Source: Flaccisagitta enflata (lineage: Eukaryota). From it: a stretch of 64,000 bases of DNA. The notes beneath the pieces are model-generated. The model ran no database searches and was not told the DNA's origin. It saw only the letters and a program-made list of their open reading frames with translations. Numbering within the stretch: the stretch's first letter is position 1; every line of letters begins with the position of its first letter. The DNA lies in contig OZ231126.1 of assembly GCA_965153355.1 (NCBI GenBank), forward strand, positions 11,408,001 through 11,472,000, in the 5' to 3' direction. Of the stretch, positions 1 through 12,022 are shown one piece after another. A program made the translations under genes and the position numbers.

Positions 1-60
1 CCATTAGGAAAGCATTTCCCGGGTGCACCCTCGACCTCGGCTCAGACCACCAACGATTAA

Positions 61-330
61 GGGGACGTTTCTAGTCACAGACAATCGCGTTTTGAACGGG
101 CCACTCGGTCGCTCGCTAGGTTCGTTCGCTCGCACCACTCACTCCGCTCACTCGCTCCGCAGCGCTCCGCTTTGCTACGCTCGCTTCGCTCGCTCGCTCC
201 GTTCACGGGCTCGCTCACTCACTTGGCTCACTCCTTCATGGGACAGTTGAAATTCTTTAATATGTGTTCACGCTGTTATCGCGTTTCATGGGAACAAACG
301 CGTTTTTGGCGCACACTAGAAACACGCCCC
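61..330. mobile_element. MITE with GGG-starting terminal inverted repeats (PIF/Harbinger-like), internal CGCT repeats
   Basis: GGGGACGTTTCTAGT at 61 is an imperfect inverted match to ACTAGAAACACGCCCC ending at 330; left flank TTAA; no coding capacity. Superfamily inferred from termini only. Confidence 0.45.
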
Positions 331-1050
331 AAGTTCAGAAAACATGAAATGGGAGGAAAATTCCATCCATGAGCTCCAGGGGAGAAATAACTAATTTTTT
401 TTTCTTAGTCCATTTCTATGTATTTTCCCTGAGATTGCCAAAAACCGATCATATTTCGCACTGAAATTTCATAAGAGGGGAGAGGAACAGAGAAAACAAC
501 AACATTGCCCGTTTGGACAGCATCCGGAGGGAGGTCTTTGAACCTTCTTTCACTCTTTTTTTTTCTCTCGCAAAATTCGCATACATATGTCTATGGCAAG
601 TGAATCCATATTCTTTGCTACATTCAAAACTGACACACAGTTACACGCCGCTACAACAGATCTGACAGTAACGGAAATCTGCTTATGAAAAATGGATATC
701 AAAGTTTGGTCCCTTCAAGTCATTTTCTTTCATTTTCTAAATTGGCAACCTAGTAAATACACTAAAAAACATTTGTTAGTCTCTTAGCATCCGTTATTGC
801 GGGGTTCAACTGTACATGTATGTGGAAAGTTGAAAATGGTACTTCTCAACCCGTCTAAATCAAGGTTGAGAACCTTTGGCGCTCGCAATAGTGGTTAATC
901 TGGAACCATCCGTCCATGACAGTTATCTATGATGTCTAGTGAACCCCTACTTACTGTAGCCGTACGATTAATAATGAATCCTTCATAAAACAAATGCTTT
1001 ATGTGAAATGATCATTTATCCCATTGTATTTTCTCGTTCACGCTGCGCAG

Positions 1051-1276
1051 GTTTACAATTACGAAGGTCCCCTGATCTCAACGATTAAAGGCGAGGCCGG
1101 GTTGACCGAGCCCACGGGCATCGTCACTGACGACCAAGGCCATTGCTACATTTGCTACCCTCAACAACAATGCATCAAGAAATACCTCTACACCAACGCA
1201 GCTCCCCCGGAAACACCCAAGATGGTCACGCAAATGAGCATGACCATGATCAGCAATGGAGAAGCAGCCATGGCAG
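1051..1276 (+). CDS. Internal exon of an NHL-repeat (TRIM-NHL-like beta-propeller) protein, last NHL blade
   Basis: Acceptor ...ttttctcgttcacgctgcgcAG|1051; translation VYNYEGPLISTIKGEAGLTEPTGIVTDDQGHCYICYPQQQCIKKYLY fits the NHL pattern (L..P.GI..D..G..Y); donor gcag|GTacaa after 1276 (phase 1). Confidence 0.7.
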
Positions 1277-1470
1277 GTACAAATGTGTGTGTGTGTGCCA
1301 GTATGCAAATGAGCATGACCACGATCAGCAACGGCAAATCAGCCATGACAGGTTTGGATGTACATGTGTGTGTTTCAATGTGCAACTGAGCATGTTGAGC
1401 ATCTCCAGTTGAGCATGACCATGATCAGCAACGGGGAGGCAGCCATGGCAAGTGCGTCTGTGTATGTGTG
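1231..1470 (+). repeat. Three tandem copies of the exon 3' end plus splice donor (first unit 75 bp)
   Basis: ATGAGCATGACCAYGATCAGCAAYGG...GCCATG(G/A)CA(G/A)|GT recurs at about 1234, 1309 and 1410. Confidence 0.85.
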
Positions 1471-1881
1471 TCAATCTGCATAAGTTTTTTTTACTTGATA
1501 GTGAACAAGACTTTTTGCATCTTTGTCTTTTGAAAATTTGCCTATCTTTTGTTTGTTTTTTTTAAGCATGAATTAATATTGTCTTTTAAGTACATGTCTG
1601 TGTATGTGTCCTTTAATGGACTGTGCCCAATTTTGTTAAAAGTCTAAGCCCAATTTTGTTGAAAGTCTTTATTTTTTTGATTGATGATCGTATCCCAAAA
1701 CCCAGAACACAACAATATACACAAATGAGGGACCAAATGTTAATGTTGGAAACAAAGGGAGACAAATGCAATTAAAAAAAAACTGATGCTGAAGGATTTC
1801 GATAATAATGTTGATTCTTAGACAAAAAAATGGCAAATTACATAATCACATCCTATTGACACACCCAAATTTTCTCAACAG

Positions 1882-1958
1882 GCGGCGCCCACAACGGCAG
1901 AAACCACCACTCCACCCACAAGCTCGAGAGGCAAGAAACCAAGCCAGGGTCCATCTGA
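1882..1958 (+). CDS. Terminal coding exon of the NHL-repeat gene up to the first stop (GGAHNGRNHHSTHKLERQETKPGSI*)
   Basis: Acceptor ttttctcaacAG|1882; phase 1 matches the 1276 donor; first in-frame stop is TGA at 1956-1958. Confidence 0.6.
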
Positions 1959-2369
1959 CTATATGGACCCCAAAAATCCGTGGATATCCCGTCAATATCC
2001 GGCGCTCACAAATTGCTCGTCAAAGCCAAACAGTCTTCGTTGGATGAGGCTATCGTGGCTGTTGGGGCCATCGCGGGCTCAGTCATAGCCGCCAACTCGA
2101 CCGAAGAAGAAGGAGACGAGGAAGAAGAGGAAAATGAAGTGTTTGAAGTTTTGGCCGATATCTCCGCTTACAGGAAAGTGCTCAGCGGAAACGGAAGCAG
2201 TAAAGAGGGAAGCGCGGACGTGGTGCCGGAAGGAGGGGGCGAAGGTGGTGGTGGTGGTGGAGGAGGAGGAGGAGGAGGAGGAGGAGGAGGAGGAGGAGGA
2301 GGAGGAGGAGAGGAAATTAACGGCGGTGAGAAAGGAACTGTCTCAAACGGCTCCAACAAAAGAACGTGA
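1959..2369 (+). CDS. Candidate stop-codon-readthrough extension of the NHL gene (acidic and poly-Gly tail)
   Basis: Same frame as 1882-1958 and open to TGA at 2367-2369; the preceding stop context is TGA-CTA; translation includes SLDEAIVAVGAIAGSVIAANSTEEEGDEEEEENEVFEVLADISAYRKVL. Confidence 0.4.
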   Translation, partial: LYGPQKSVDIPSISGAHKLLVKAKQSSLDEAIVAVGAIAGSVIAANSTEEEGDEEEEENEVFEVLADISAYRKVLSGNGSSKEGSADVVPEGGGEGGGGGGGGGGGGGGGGGGGGGGEEINGGEKGTVSNGSNKRT

Positions 2370-3003
2370 CGAAAACAAAAGACTGAAGCAAAAAACGAAA
2401 ACAAAAGACAAAATTGAGCTGAGACAAAGTAAAAAAAAAATGAGAAAACAATCGGAAAAGACTTTCCAAAAGTCTACTTTTACATCTCTCTTTTTACGCG
2501 TCTCGCTCATTCTCCTTTGTCTTTAAAGCTAATTTCAAATTTTGGAAGAAAAAATATGTTTCTGTTGACCCCTGAAGATGAAATAAGAATCTCCAGTTGA
2601 TTTTTTGTTCCTCGTCAAAATCGTGAAAGCGGAGTTTTGTCTTCTTGGCGCTGTCATGAGAAAAAAAAGACGCTGTCAACGAGAAACGCTGTTTATGAAA
2701 AACGCTGTTTACGGAAAACGTTATTAGCGAAAAACGCTGTAACGGGAAACAGTGTTAACGCTGGATTAGCAAGAACATAAGTCAAATCTTACAATCTTAC
2801 TTCTTTCGCCCCCCTCTGAGGAAAAATCTCACTAATCAAAATAGAACAACGTACAGGAAAAAAACAAACAAACAAAAAAACAAACAAACCGTTTCAATGA
2901 TTTTCTCTTTCTCTTTGTCTCCACGAAAAAGTTAAAGAGAAAATTTTCCTTTCAACCTTTTTTTTGTTCCGATCATGGAAAAAAGGAAAGTCATCGTGTC
3001 ATT

Positions 3004-3075
<72 letters not shown>

Positions 3076-3555
3076 ATAATGAGAAATTAAAAGGCGTCTC
3101 ACCTGGCACCATTTTCTATAGAAGATTCGGCGTTCTTACATTTTGACGCCGGTAAAAAAAAAACAAGATCTCTCTGAATTCTTTTTTTCATTCCTTCGGC
3201 ATCGTTCATTCGTTGGAAATGAATTCCTTCCCTCGATCAAACGTTCATTGAAAATTCATTCAACTTGTTCGTTTGTTCGTTCGTCAATTGCGCGCGAATC
3301 GGAAGTACCCAGTTCTTCATTTTTGTCTTCGGTTCGCGCCTGCGCTCCAAGTTGGTACACACAAGGAGAGGGTCAGTTTCTGACATCAGGACTTGGATAA
3401 AGATGTGGCGTTGCAATGCAACGCAATGCAACGCAAAGCAACGCTTCGTAAACGTAAACGGAACGCAAACACGCGGTGTCGCAATCGCACACAATCAAAA
3501 TAAACTAGACACCAAAGCATCTCAATTTAAGTTCAAATCTGAGTTAGACAAGCAA

Positions 3556-3567
3556 TGCGCATGCGCA
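3556..3567. promoter_or_regulatory. NRF1-type palindrome TGCGCATGCGCA in a CpG-rich patch (ETS-like CGGAAGT near 3300)
   Basis: Exact 12-bp palindrome matching the NRF1 consensus; no transcript evidence. Confidence 0.3.
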
Positions 3568-4105
3568 TCCGCATGAGACCCGTGCGCACAAGGGTGCACT
3601 TACACTCAGAAATTGTCTCCATTTGTTAAAAATAAACACGTAAAAAAAAAAAGGATCATATGAAAATTGGGCGCATGTGCACTTTGTAGTTGCCCTCATG
3701 GGTCTACCTTGTACGAGACATTTCACCCGACGCGACGCCCACACGCACGCAAACGGGTTATGCCTGTGTTGTTGTTGTTGGTTTTATTTTTGCTGATGAA
3801 AAAATAACAAGAAAGAGAAATGAAATTGCGGGTAAAATTGAGTTGGAGAAGAAGGAGGAGAATGAGGAGAATGAGGAGGATGTGGAGGTGTCAGAGGGAC
3901 GAGGATGGAGAGGAGGAGGATGTGGAGGATGTGGAGGTGTCAGAGGGACGAGGATGGAGAGGAGGAGGAGGAGTCAGAGGGTCATTCTTATTCGGTGACC
4001 ATCGCCAACTATTTTTGGAATCGACCACAAAACGAAAAAGATGACCTCTGTGTGCCGTAATTCGCGAAAAAAAAACGTGACGCGCCATCCATCTTGTCTC
4101 TTTCG

Positions 4106-4240
<135 letters not shown>

Positions 4241-4475
4241 AAGCATAAAAAAATAACAACGACAACGACAACGACAACATCAACTACTCATCTAAAGGTT
4301 CGACCTTTTTTTCTTTCCCAAAAAAGGTTCTCTTTTCCACTCAAAACAATGTGCCCCTCCCCAAGCCCCAATCTCAGCCGCTGCCCCTGCCCCAGCCGCT
4401 GCCCCAGTCCAAGCCCCAGTATAGCCGCCACGGAGCCCCTGGAAAATCTGTCTCTCGCTCTCTCTCTGCTTCTTC

Positions 4476-4568
4476 TTATCGACTGAGCGTGAAGGAAGAT
4501 GAACAATTCGTCATTTCTAATCGAAATTCTACCTCTTCATCTTCGTCTTTCTCACACACTGGAAACGT
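4476..4568 (-). CDS. Possible terminal exon of an unidentified minus-strand gene (TFPVCEKDEDEEVEFRLEMTNCSSSFTLSR*)
   Basis: Strong minus-strand acceptor atttttttcAG at 4570-4569 followed by a short open frame; no recognised domain. Confidence 0.25.
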   Translation of the reverse strand, partial: TFPVCEKDEDEEVEFRLEMTNCSSSFTLSR

Positions 4569-5299
4569 CTGAAAAAATATACATAAAAAAATCTGGACGA
4601 TGGAAATAAAAACAAAATCTGTTCGATTGGATATTACGAAAATTCCCTTCTACATAACGCCGAGTCAATCATTTCAATGTGCCCTTGTCAAAAGACGGTG
4701 TGTTAATGTGCCCAAAACAAGTGTTTCGCCTCGTTACATCATATACTCGGTATTAGAATCGGTCAGATGATAAATCAGTATTTTGCAAAATGTGAACTCA
4801 TCTGAAAGGGTATTTGTGCCTGTTTTTAAACACATGATGGAGTGTCTCAATATGTGTAGACACCCTTTTTACACCCATAATAGTCATTTTCTTTAAGCAG
4901 GGATGCCGTGTGAAATCATTGTGATTTCTGTTTTGAACAATTCTTTCAAAGCAAACCTGATGCAAAAATGAATATTTTCAGTTTAAGAATGGGTTTTTAC
5001 ACATTCTAAGTACGTCTCACATTAGTTCACTTGCTGCGAAATTGACCTAAATAGAATAATGATGCCTTGAAGTAATATGTTGTGATGAAATACACTTGTA
5101 TCACTCACATTTAGTACAAATTTCATGATGATTTTTTTTTTCACTCTTTCCTCGTTTATTTTCAAAGATCGTTACGATTGTTTGTCTTTTTTTCTTTTTT
5201 ATTCAGAAATTTCAGTTGGTTTTTCAAAAGTTCTGCTTCTGATATCCATACTACCATTTGCAACCTTGGCATTGATTCAATATTTTAGACTTTTCAACT

Positions 5300-5350
<51 letters not shown>

Positions 5351-6400
5351 AATCCCGATCATTTCTCTGGCGGCCATTCAAACTCAAATGTATGAAGAAT
5401 GATTGTAACACAAATTTCATTTAAAAAAAAAGGTGCTAATCGACCAACAGTGGATTTTGCCTGTAATGAAACCGCCTCCATTATGGTTACGAAAAGATTG
5501 ATTGGTATACAGCTGGTAATGTTATAGAGATCTCTTCACTAACATATTTACACCAATCTCTTTCTCGATGACAGTTTCATCAGATTTCACATCCGTCACT
5601 GTTCCATTTGGACATCTTTAGAATGACATTCATGTGGTTTGTCCTTATTCTTTTGTCCTATCCCTCACTCCAGATAGGCCTCAAACAATTATCTCAAGAC
5701 AAGTTGTTGTCACTCCCCCCCCCACCTCCCTTTTTCACCCCATTTTGGCTGCTCCACCTCCCTTTTTCACCCCATTTTGGCTGCTCCATTTATATGATAT
5801 TTTGTCCAATCCCCATCCCCTGAACAAGCGTTGTAATTGGTGGCTTGACTCCGCGAGAAAAAAAGGATTGTCAATAAACAAAAAAACTAGCAATCAATTA
5901 AAAAACATTTTTTACACACAATTCCCGCGTCATCCCCTTTTTTTGTTTTATTGTAAATATATGAAAGTTATTTCTCATAACTTTAACTGTCGTGAAGCAA
6001 CGTCTTTTTTTTATTGCTAGCTTAACAGACCTAAACTTAGTAATACTTCTTCCCCCGCCCCCCCCCCCGCCCTTCCCCCCATCGACCGCTGGTCTTAAAT
6101 TCTTTCCCTTACAATCTGGTGGGTTCCCAATACTTTGGATAGTTTATTGGCTTTCCTCGTATGTTTTTTTCCACCAATAAGATTGTTGCTTCCATCGCCA
6201 TTTTTACTAATATGAAGTCAGAAATGCTACGGATATCCTTGTTCTTTTTTTTTCTTCCGATTAATAATTCACAGATAGAAAAAGTACACTTGATTTAAGT
6301 GACAGATAGAGAAGAAACAATACGATATGGGTCAAGTAACCCGGAGTTTACTTGGCGGACGAAAGAATTTATGAATGACTGGAAGTATGGAGGAGTAAAT

Positions 6401-6420
6401 TGATGATGATGATGATGATA

Positions 6421-6517
<97 letters not shown>

Positions 6518-6546
6518 CGATGATGTTGATGATGATGATGATGATT

Positions 6547-6632
<86 letters not shown>

Positions 6633-6645
6633 AACGATGATGATG
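6401..6645. repeat. (GAT)n microsatellite
   Basis: Directly visible; source of the poly-M and poly-H ORFs. Confidence 0.95.
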
Positions 6646-7698
6646 GCTCAATTCATGGACTAGTAGATGGATGAATGTTATGAACTTGAATTATCATTTT
6701 ATGACGAATCAGCCACAGAGGGCAGACAAACGGATCAAAGACGGACGAGCAGGACATCGGTAGAACAAGCTAGCCATTGGGTGATTAAGAAAACTAATAA
6801 TGGACGGATAAGCGGCAAGCCATCTCTCGGTCGGACAAACTGTCAATCAGACTGACAAGCCAATGTGTACGAAAACCTTCGCTTCGTTTTGCTGGGTGAA
6901 ATTAAATACACAAGCAACAGTTCATGCTTAAGTCAATGAATGTGATTGTTGTAAGACGTCACTTTCTGTGTCTGAAGCTAAAATGATGCATTTCAAACTA
7001 TGATGACTGCATCGCGGTGTAGTTAAGAAGCGAGAAGAGGAGGAGGAGGAGGAGGAAGAAGAGGAAGAGGAGCAGGCAGTTGAAAAATGAACATCGGTCG
7101 CTTCGCTCAAAGAACGATGGTTTCAAACATCTCTTCATGAATTTATGACGATTTCAAAAATGTTTTGGATATAGAAAGCGCATCAAGGACCAAAGAACTA
7201 CCATTGTGAAAACTACCATTTCGAAAAAGTAATGAGGAAAACTTTTAAGATACCTAGAAAATGTTATGATTTATCTCTAAAGAAAAAGACAAAAAGTTAG
7301 CTAAACAAAAGAGGCTTTGTCGGTACCTTGGTACACACAGTCCATCAAATCCCATCCTGATGGGAAAAAACACCTGACGTCACTTTATCCTACTCAACCC
7401 ACCTATACGTGCGTACGTCCGTTAGTAACTTTCCAATATGAAGAAAACCCGCATTTGCGCTCCTGCCATCCCTGTTCAAAATGATAGTGAGCCACTAGAC
7501 GGAGTTACCTGTTACTGTATTATTCATGTCATTATTAACTGTGATCTTCAGTTCGATTTTATCATTTCGTTATCCTCTTGAATATTGACTTTATCGAGGG
7601 TAAGAAAAACCACCCCCACGCGAACATTTTTCCAGCCTGAGTTCCTGTCTGTCTGCTTGCCTCTCTCTGTCTCGCTCAGCATCTCTGCCTCTCTTCCC

Positions 7699-7778
<80 letters not shown>

Positions 7779-7821
7779 GACAGTCTCTCTGTCTGTCTAA
7801 TAGTCTGTCTGTCTCTCTCTC

Positions 7822-7869
<48 letters not shown>

Positions 7870-8253
7870 TTTTTTGCCCCTGAGTTAGAATTTATGGGAA
7901 TGTGCCAAGAAACAGCGAAAGAAAAAAAAAACAAGGCCAAATGCACGACTGATGGGAAGCCGCTAGCGGGTGAGCAGGGGCAGTTTGAGGGTGGGCGGGG
8001 GTAGTAACGCTCAAAAAAATCACTAATTCAGCCAATCTTGCGTGATACAACAAGCCCGATCGGGCAACTAGATGCGTCATCTGCGTGATATTAGAAGAGG
8101 CGTAACGGACGGACGGACGAACGGACGGACCGACGGACCGACGGACCGACGGACCGACGGACAGACCCTCTTATAGAGATGCGATGACGCATCTAAAAAG
8201 AATTTCGCGTTGACGTATCAGGCAGCCCTCCTCAGATTCTCCCATTCATAAGC

Positions 8254-8447
<194 letters not shown>

Positions 8448-9237
8448 TTGTGGGTTTGGTGTGGGAGGGCCGCCAATCGATCGTTTGTGGTTTTAAGACA
8501 CATAATTAATGCACGTTAACTCGTTTGGCGTGTATATAACAAGTTTTCGGGTTTCGTGCGCGTGAATCTATAAGTTGATGATATAATATTTCCACCCAAG
8601 ATGTATCCAACTTCGTTTTTAGTAGCGACGCTAAACAAGGCGGAGATTATAGGAGGGAACTCGCCTACAGCCGCACCCACCCACATACTGCCCCTTTCCA
8701 CCCGCTTTGCTGCCCCTTTCCACCCGCTTTGCTGCCCCTTTCCACCCGCTTTACTGCACCTACCAACCCACCAGCGTCGATTTGTTGACCGTGTATACGG
8801 GCCAATCCGGCCTAGTTTATCAGTAACTTGGGAGAAATGTAAACTAATTACTATTGACCAGCATTACCTTAAATCAAAGAGTAAATCACATCCATTCCTT
8901 TTTATGTGAGTCCTCGCACATCTGTAAAAGGTTCTGTCTGTCGGTCGGTCTGTCTGTCGCCCTGTTTCTGGGTCTGTGGGTCTATCTATCATCACGCAAA
9001 CGTTTAAGGCAACACAATCTAAGGCTTTTACATTTTCTCATTTTTTTTTCTCATTTATTCAGTGACTCGCTCATTCATTCATCAACAACGTTCATTCATA
9101 AAGAACCTTCATTGAATAAAAAAAAGAAGTTATATATTCTTAATTAGCGAGGCGCACATACTGGCCATTACTTGCCTTGTTTCAAGTCTTCTAGTTTTTT
9201 TTCTGTTTTTTTTTTTAAATATTAGACTTATAGAATG

Positions 9238-9425
9238 AACAAGGCCGGATACACGGCTACCTCAGTCGCGTGCGGGTGGGCAGGGGCCATATTTGAGGTC
9301 ACTGGAGCATTAGGGCAGGAGCAGTAAGGCCAAAAAGCTCAAAAACGCGAAAAAAGTAAGTGTGACGGACGGACTGACTGATAGACCGACAAAGCGGGGT
9401 GAAGAGTCGCGTGCACGCGACTAAA
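9238..9425 (-). mobile_element. DINE-1/HINE-like non-autonomous Helentron-associated repeat (abundant family in this window)
   Basis: Minus strand reads TTTTAGTCGCGTGCACGCGACT (palindrome containing a subterminal IR), GTCC/GTCG microsatellite, then CACGCGACT, a GCCGTGTATCCGGC hairpin and TTGTT. Related copies near 11296-11600, 14018-14160, 16435-16680, 46060-46205, 55583, 57966-58230 and 60352-60539. Confidence 0.6.
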
Positions 9426-9929
9426 AGTGTTTGTTTTGGCCTAATCTTGAATTCGAAGTGTTTTGAAAGGCCTGAGTTGGTAAGAACTGAGCCTATCATT
9501 TTCTTCCCAAGACAGCTGTGTCGGTGTTTCCATTGGTCGGTCGGTCCATCTGTTGATAAGTCATAAATCCATTTCTATGGCGTTGATAGACTTTTGAATA
9601 GTTTCACAACATATCGCCCCTGTTGACTCACACAACTGGGGCAGCCGTGTATACTTGGTCATTGGTCAATATAGTCAATAGCCGGAAAGAATTAAAAGAT
9701 AAATGTCTACTTCCAGATTAGAAACTCTCTTGAATTCCCGCCTCGCTCAATTTTCAAAAGTTTTTTCTTTCTTTTTTTTTTCTTTTCATTTTTAAATCTG
9801 TATTTTTTTTCACTCGTTGTTATCCGAGTCAGATGAATTTTATTCGCTTTGGACCAACGCGAAGTTCTGAAGGGAGCATCACGTCAAAGCGAATGCTGAA
9901 ATTGGTCTCTTGAATGTTAAGATTATATA

Positions 9930-10772
9930 CCAGTAATGGCGGCTGTCGCCGTGAGGAAAAAAGTCGTAAGCATTGGTCACTTTTCACCATGCTTTTGTCT
10001 TCAGTCATCGAAGTTTTTTTTTTTGTTAGATCAAATCAAAAGCAATTGTATGTATTGATTGCACTGAAAATCAGAGAAAAATAGAACTGAGCCAAATGAG
10101 CTAGATGAACTAAAGTATTCAAAATGATTCAACCAGACAACCAGCTTTGCTCACTGATATGCTTTCTTGTATTTGCATTTTCAAATCAAAACATTTATTT
10201 ATTTATCCTATTTTAAATCAGAGAAAAAGAGCAAGCTAAATGAGCTAAATGAGCTAGAATACTTAAAAACACCTCACAGGTGAGCAGCTCTGCTCACTGA
10301 CATGTTTTTTTATTTGCTTGCTTAAACAAGTATAAAGATATTTATTCATTTATCATAATTGAAATCAGAAAAAATAGATTGAGCTAAGTGAGCTAAATGA
10401 GCTATAATGCTAAAAAACGCCCTCACAGATGAGCAGCCGTGCTCATAAACATTTTTTATGTATTTGCATGCTCAAGTAAACATAAATTCACTCTTTTATT
10501 AATCCTACACAAAATAAAAAAAATTCGAAAAAAATTCCATTTGAATTTTTCGTAAATAAATCTTTAAAAAATCATAGCGCAAAAAATATTTGTCGTAGAG
10601 CATTCTGCTTTGCGCCAAATGAAAGAGAATTATCAAATTTACTTACCCTATCAATTTCGTTCGAGGGTGCAATCGCCCTAAGGAGTTCCTAAACTTTCGC
10701 ATAAGAAAATGAAAACCCTGTTTCTCTCGAATATGTCAAAAAGTCGAAGACTGACTTCGACTTTTTTCCCGA
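9930..10772 (-). mobile_element. Helentron-like non-autonomous element, present only in the left arm, no TSD
   Basis: Removing 9930-10772 reproduces the right-arm empty site (58721-58740) exactly. GGAAAAAAGTCG near one end is inverted as CGACTTTTTTCC at the other, where it lies inside an AAAAAGTCGAA..TTCGACTTTTT palindrome; GGCGG..CGCC hairpin; internal tandem units containing GAGCTAAATGAGCTA. Confidence 0.65.
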
Positions 10773-11687
10773 TAAACACAATAATTCTTCATAAGACCAC
10801 GCCAAAACAAACTATAGTATGGTGTTCTACCTTACAATTACACATACAATTACGTAATTGCATAAGTGCATAATCAAATTCAAAACCACCTTTATAAGCC
10901 TGAAAAGGTTTTAAGGATATAAACTAACCGAAAAATAGACCTATGAACAAACACATATTAAAACTTAATCATGATTCAAAATGGCCTAAAATGGTTATAA
11001 TTTTGGAACATTAGCGACCTTCCAACTGATCCATCAATGGATTAATAGACAGACCAACTCACTAATAGTCGCCACTAAAAATCTTTATATGGACGGATGG
11101 ATGGATGGACAGACAGACGGATAGATGGACCAATAAACGGACGGATGGACGGATAGACGGATGGACGGATGGACGGATGGACAGATAGACGGATGGATGG
11201 ACGGACAGATGGACCAATGGACGGACCAATGGATGGACCGACGGATGGATGGACAAAAGCTCTAATAGAGCTGCATGTCTGCAAATAAAAAAAAAACAAG
11301 GCCGGATATACGGCTACCCTGGTCGCGTGCAAGTGGGCAGGAGCAGTGCTGGAGAAGGTCACCAGAGCATCTGGGCAGGAGCAGTATGCTCTAAAAGCTC
11401 GAAAATCCCAAAAAAGTAAAAAGGGGACCACCGACCGACCAACCGACCAACCGACGGACCGACCAACCGACTGACGGACGGATGGACAACCAACCAACCA
11501 ACCAATCGACTGACGGACGGATGGACCAACCAACCAACCAACCAATCGACTGAGGGACCGACATAGCGGGGTGTAGATTTGCGTAGCACGTGACTATGAA
11601 TATAAAAAAAAGTGCTTGATTCATTTGTGTTTAATTTCATTTTGCAGATAAATGGTGATCAATCTCAAAGTGGGCTTAGCTAAGCTA

Positions 11688-12022
11688 CCTTATTTCCTCT
11701 AATTAGCACCCCTACTCTAATTAGCGCCCACCTCTTTAAAAAATTTTCATCTTAGCTTTGCTTTTTATTTTTATAGAAAATTGTCAAATATTCAATTGAT
11801 AATCATGTTATTTTTTTTCATTTTTCTAACTTCATGTTTGGATTTTTTTGTTGAAATTATTCATTTTGATTTTTCCGCACCTGAAATCTTCTGTTTTACT
11901 TTGTTTTTTGGTATTTCATTCTTTGTCTGACATGCTACAGGGGGCGCTAATTAGGAGGTAAAACAGGCAATGTCATTTTTCAATTTTGTAAGCGCCCTGT
12001 GCGCTAATTAGAGAAAATATGG
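11688..12022. mobile_element. pogo/Tigger-like (Tc1/mariner) MITE, TA flanks
   Basis: TA|CCTTATTTCCTCTAATTAGC ... GCTAATTAGAGAAAATATGG|TA; also present in the right arm at 57533-57876. Confidence 0.7.

Noticed and set aside
1956-1958. Selenocysteine interpretation of the in-frame TGA
   Set aside because: No redox motif context and no SECIS recognisable by eye; SECISearch on the 3' UTR would be needed.
5200-5620. Possible small minus-strand exons (e.g. CPNGTVTDVKSDETVIEKEIG)
   Set aside because: Weak splice sites and no recognisable homology.
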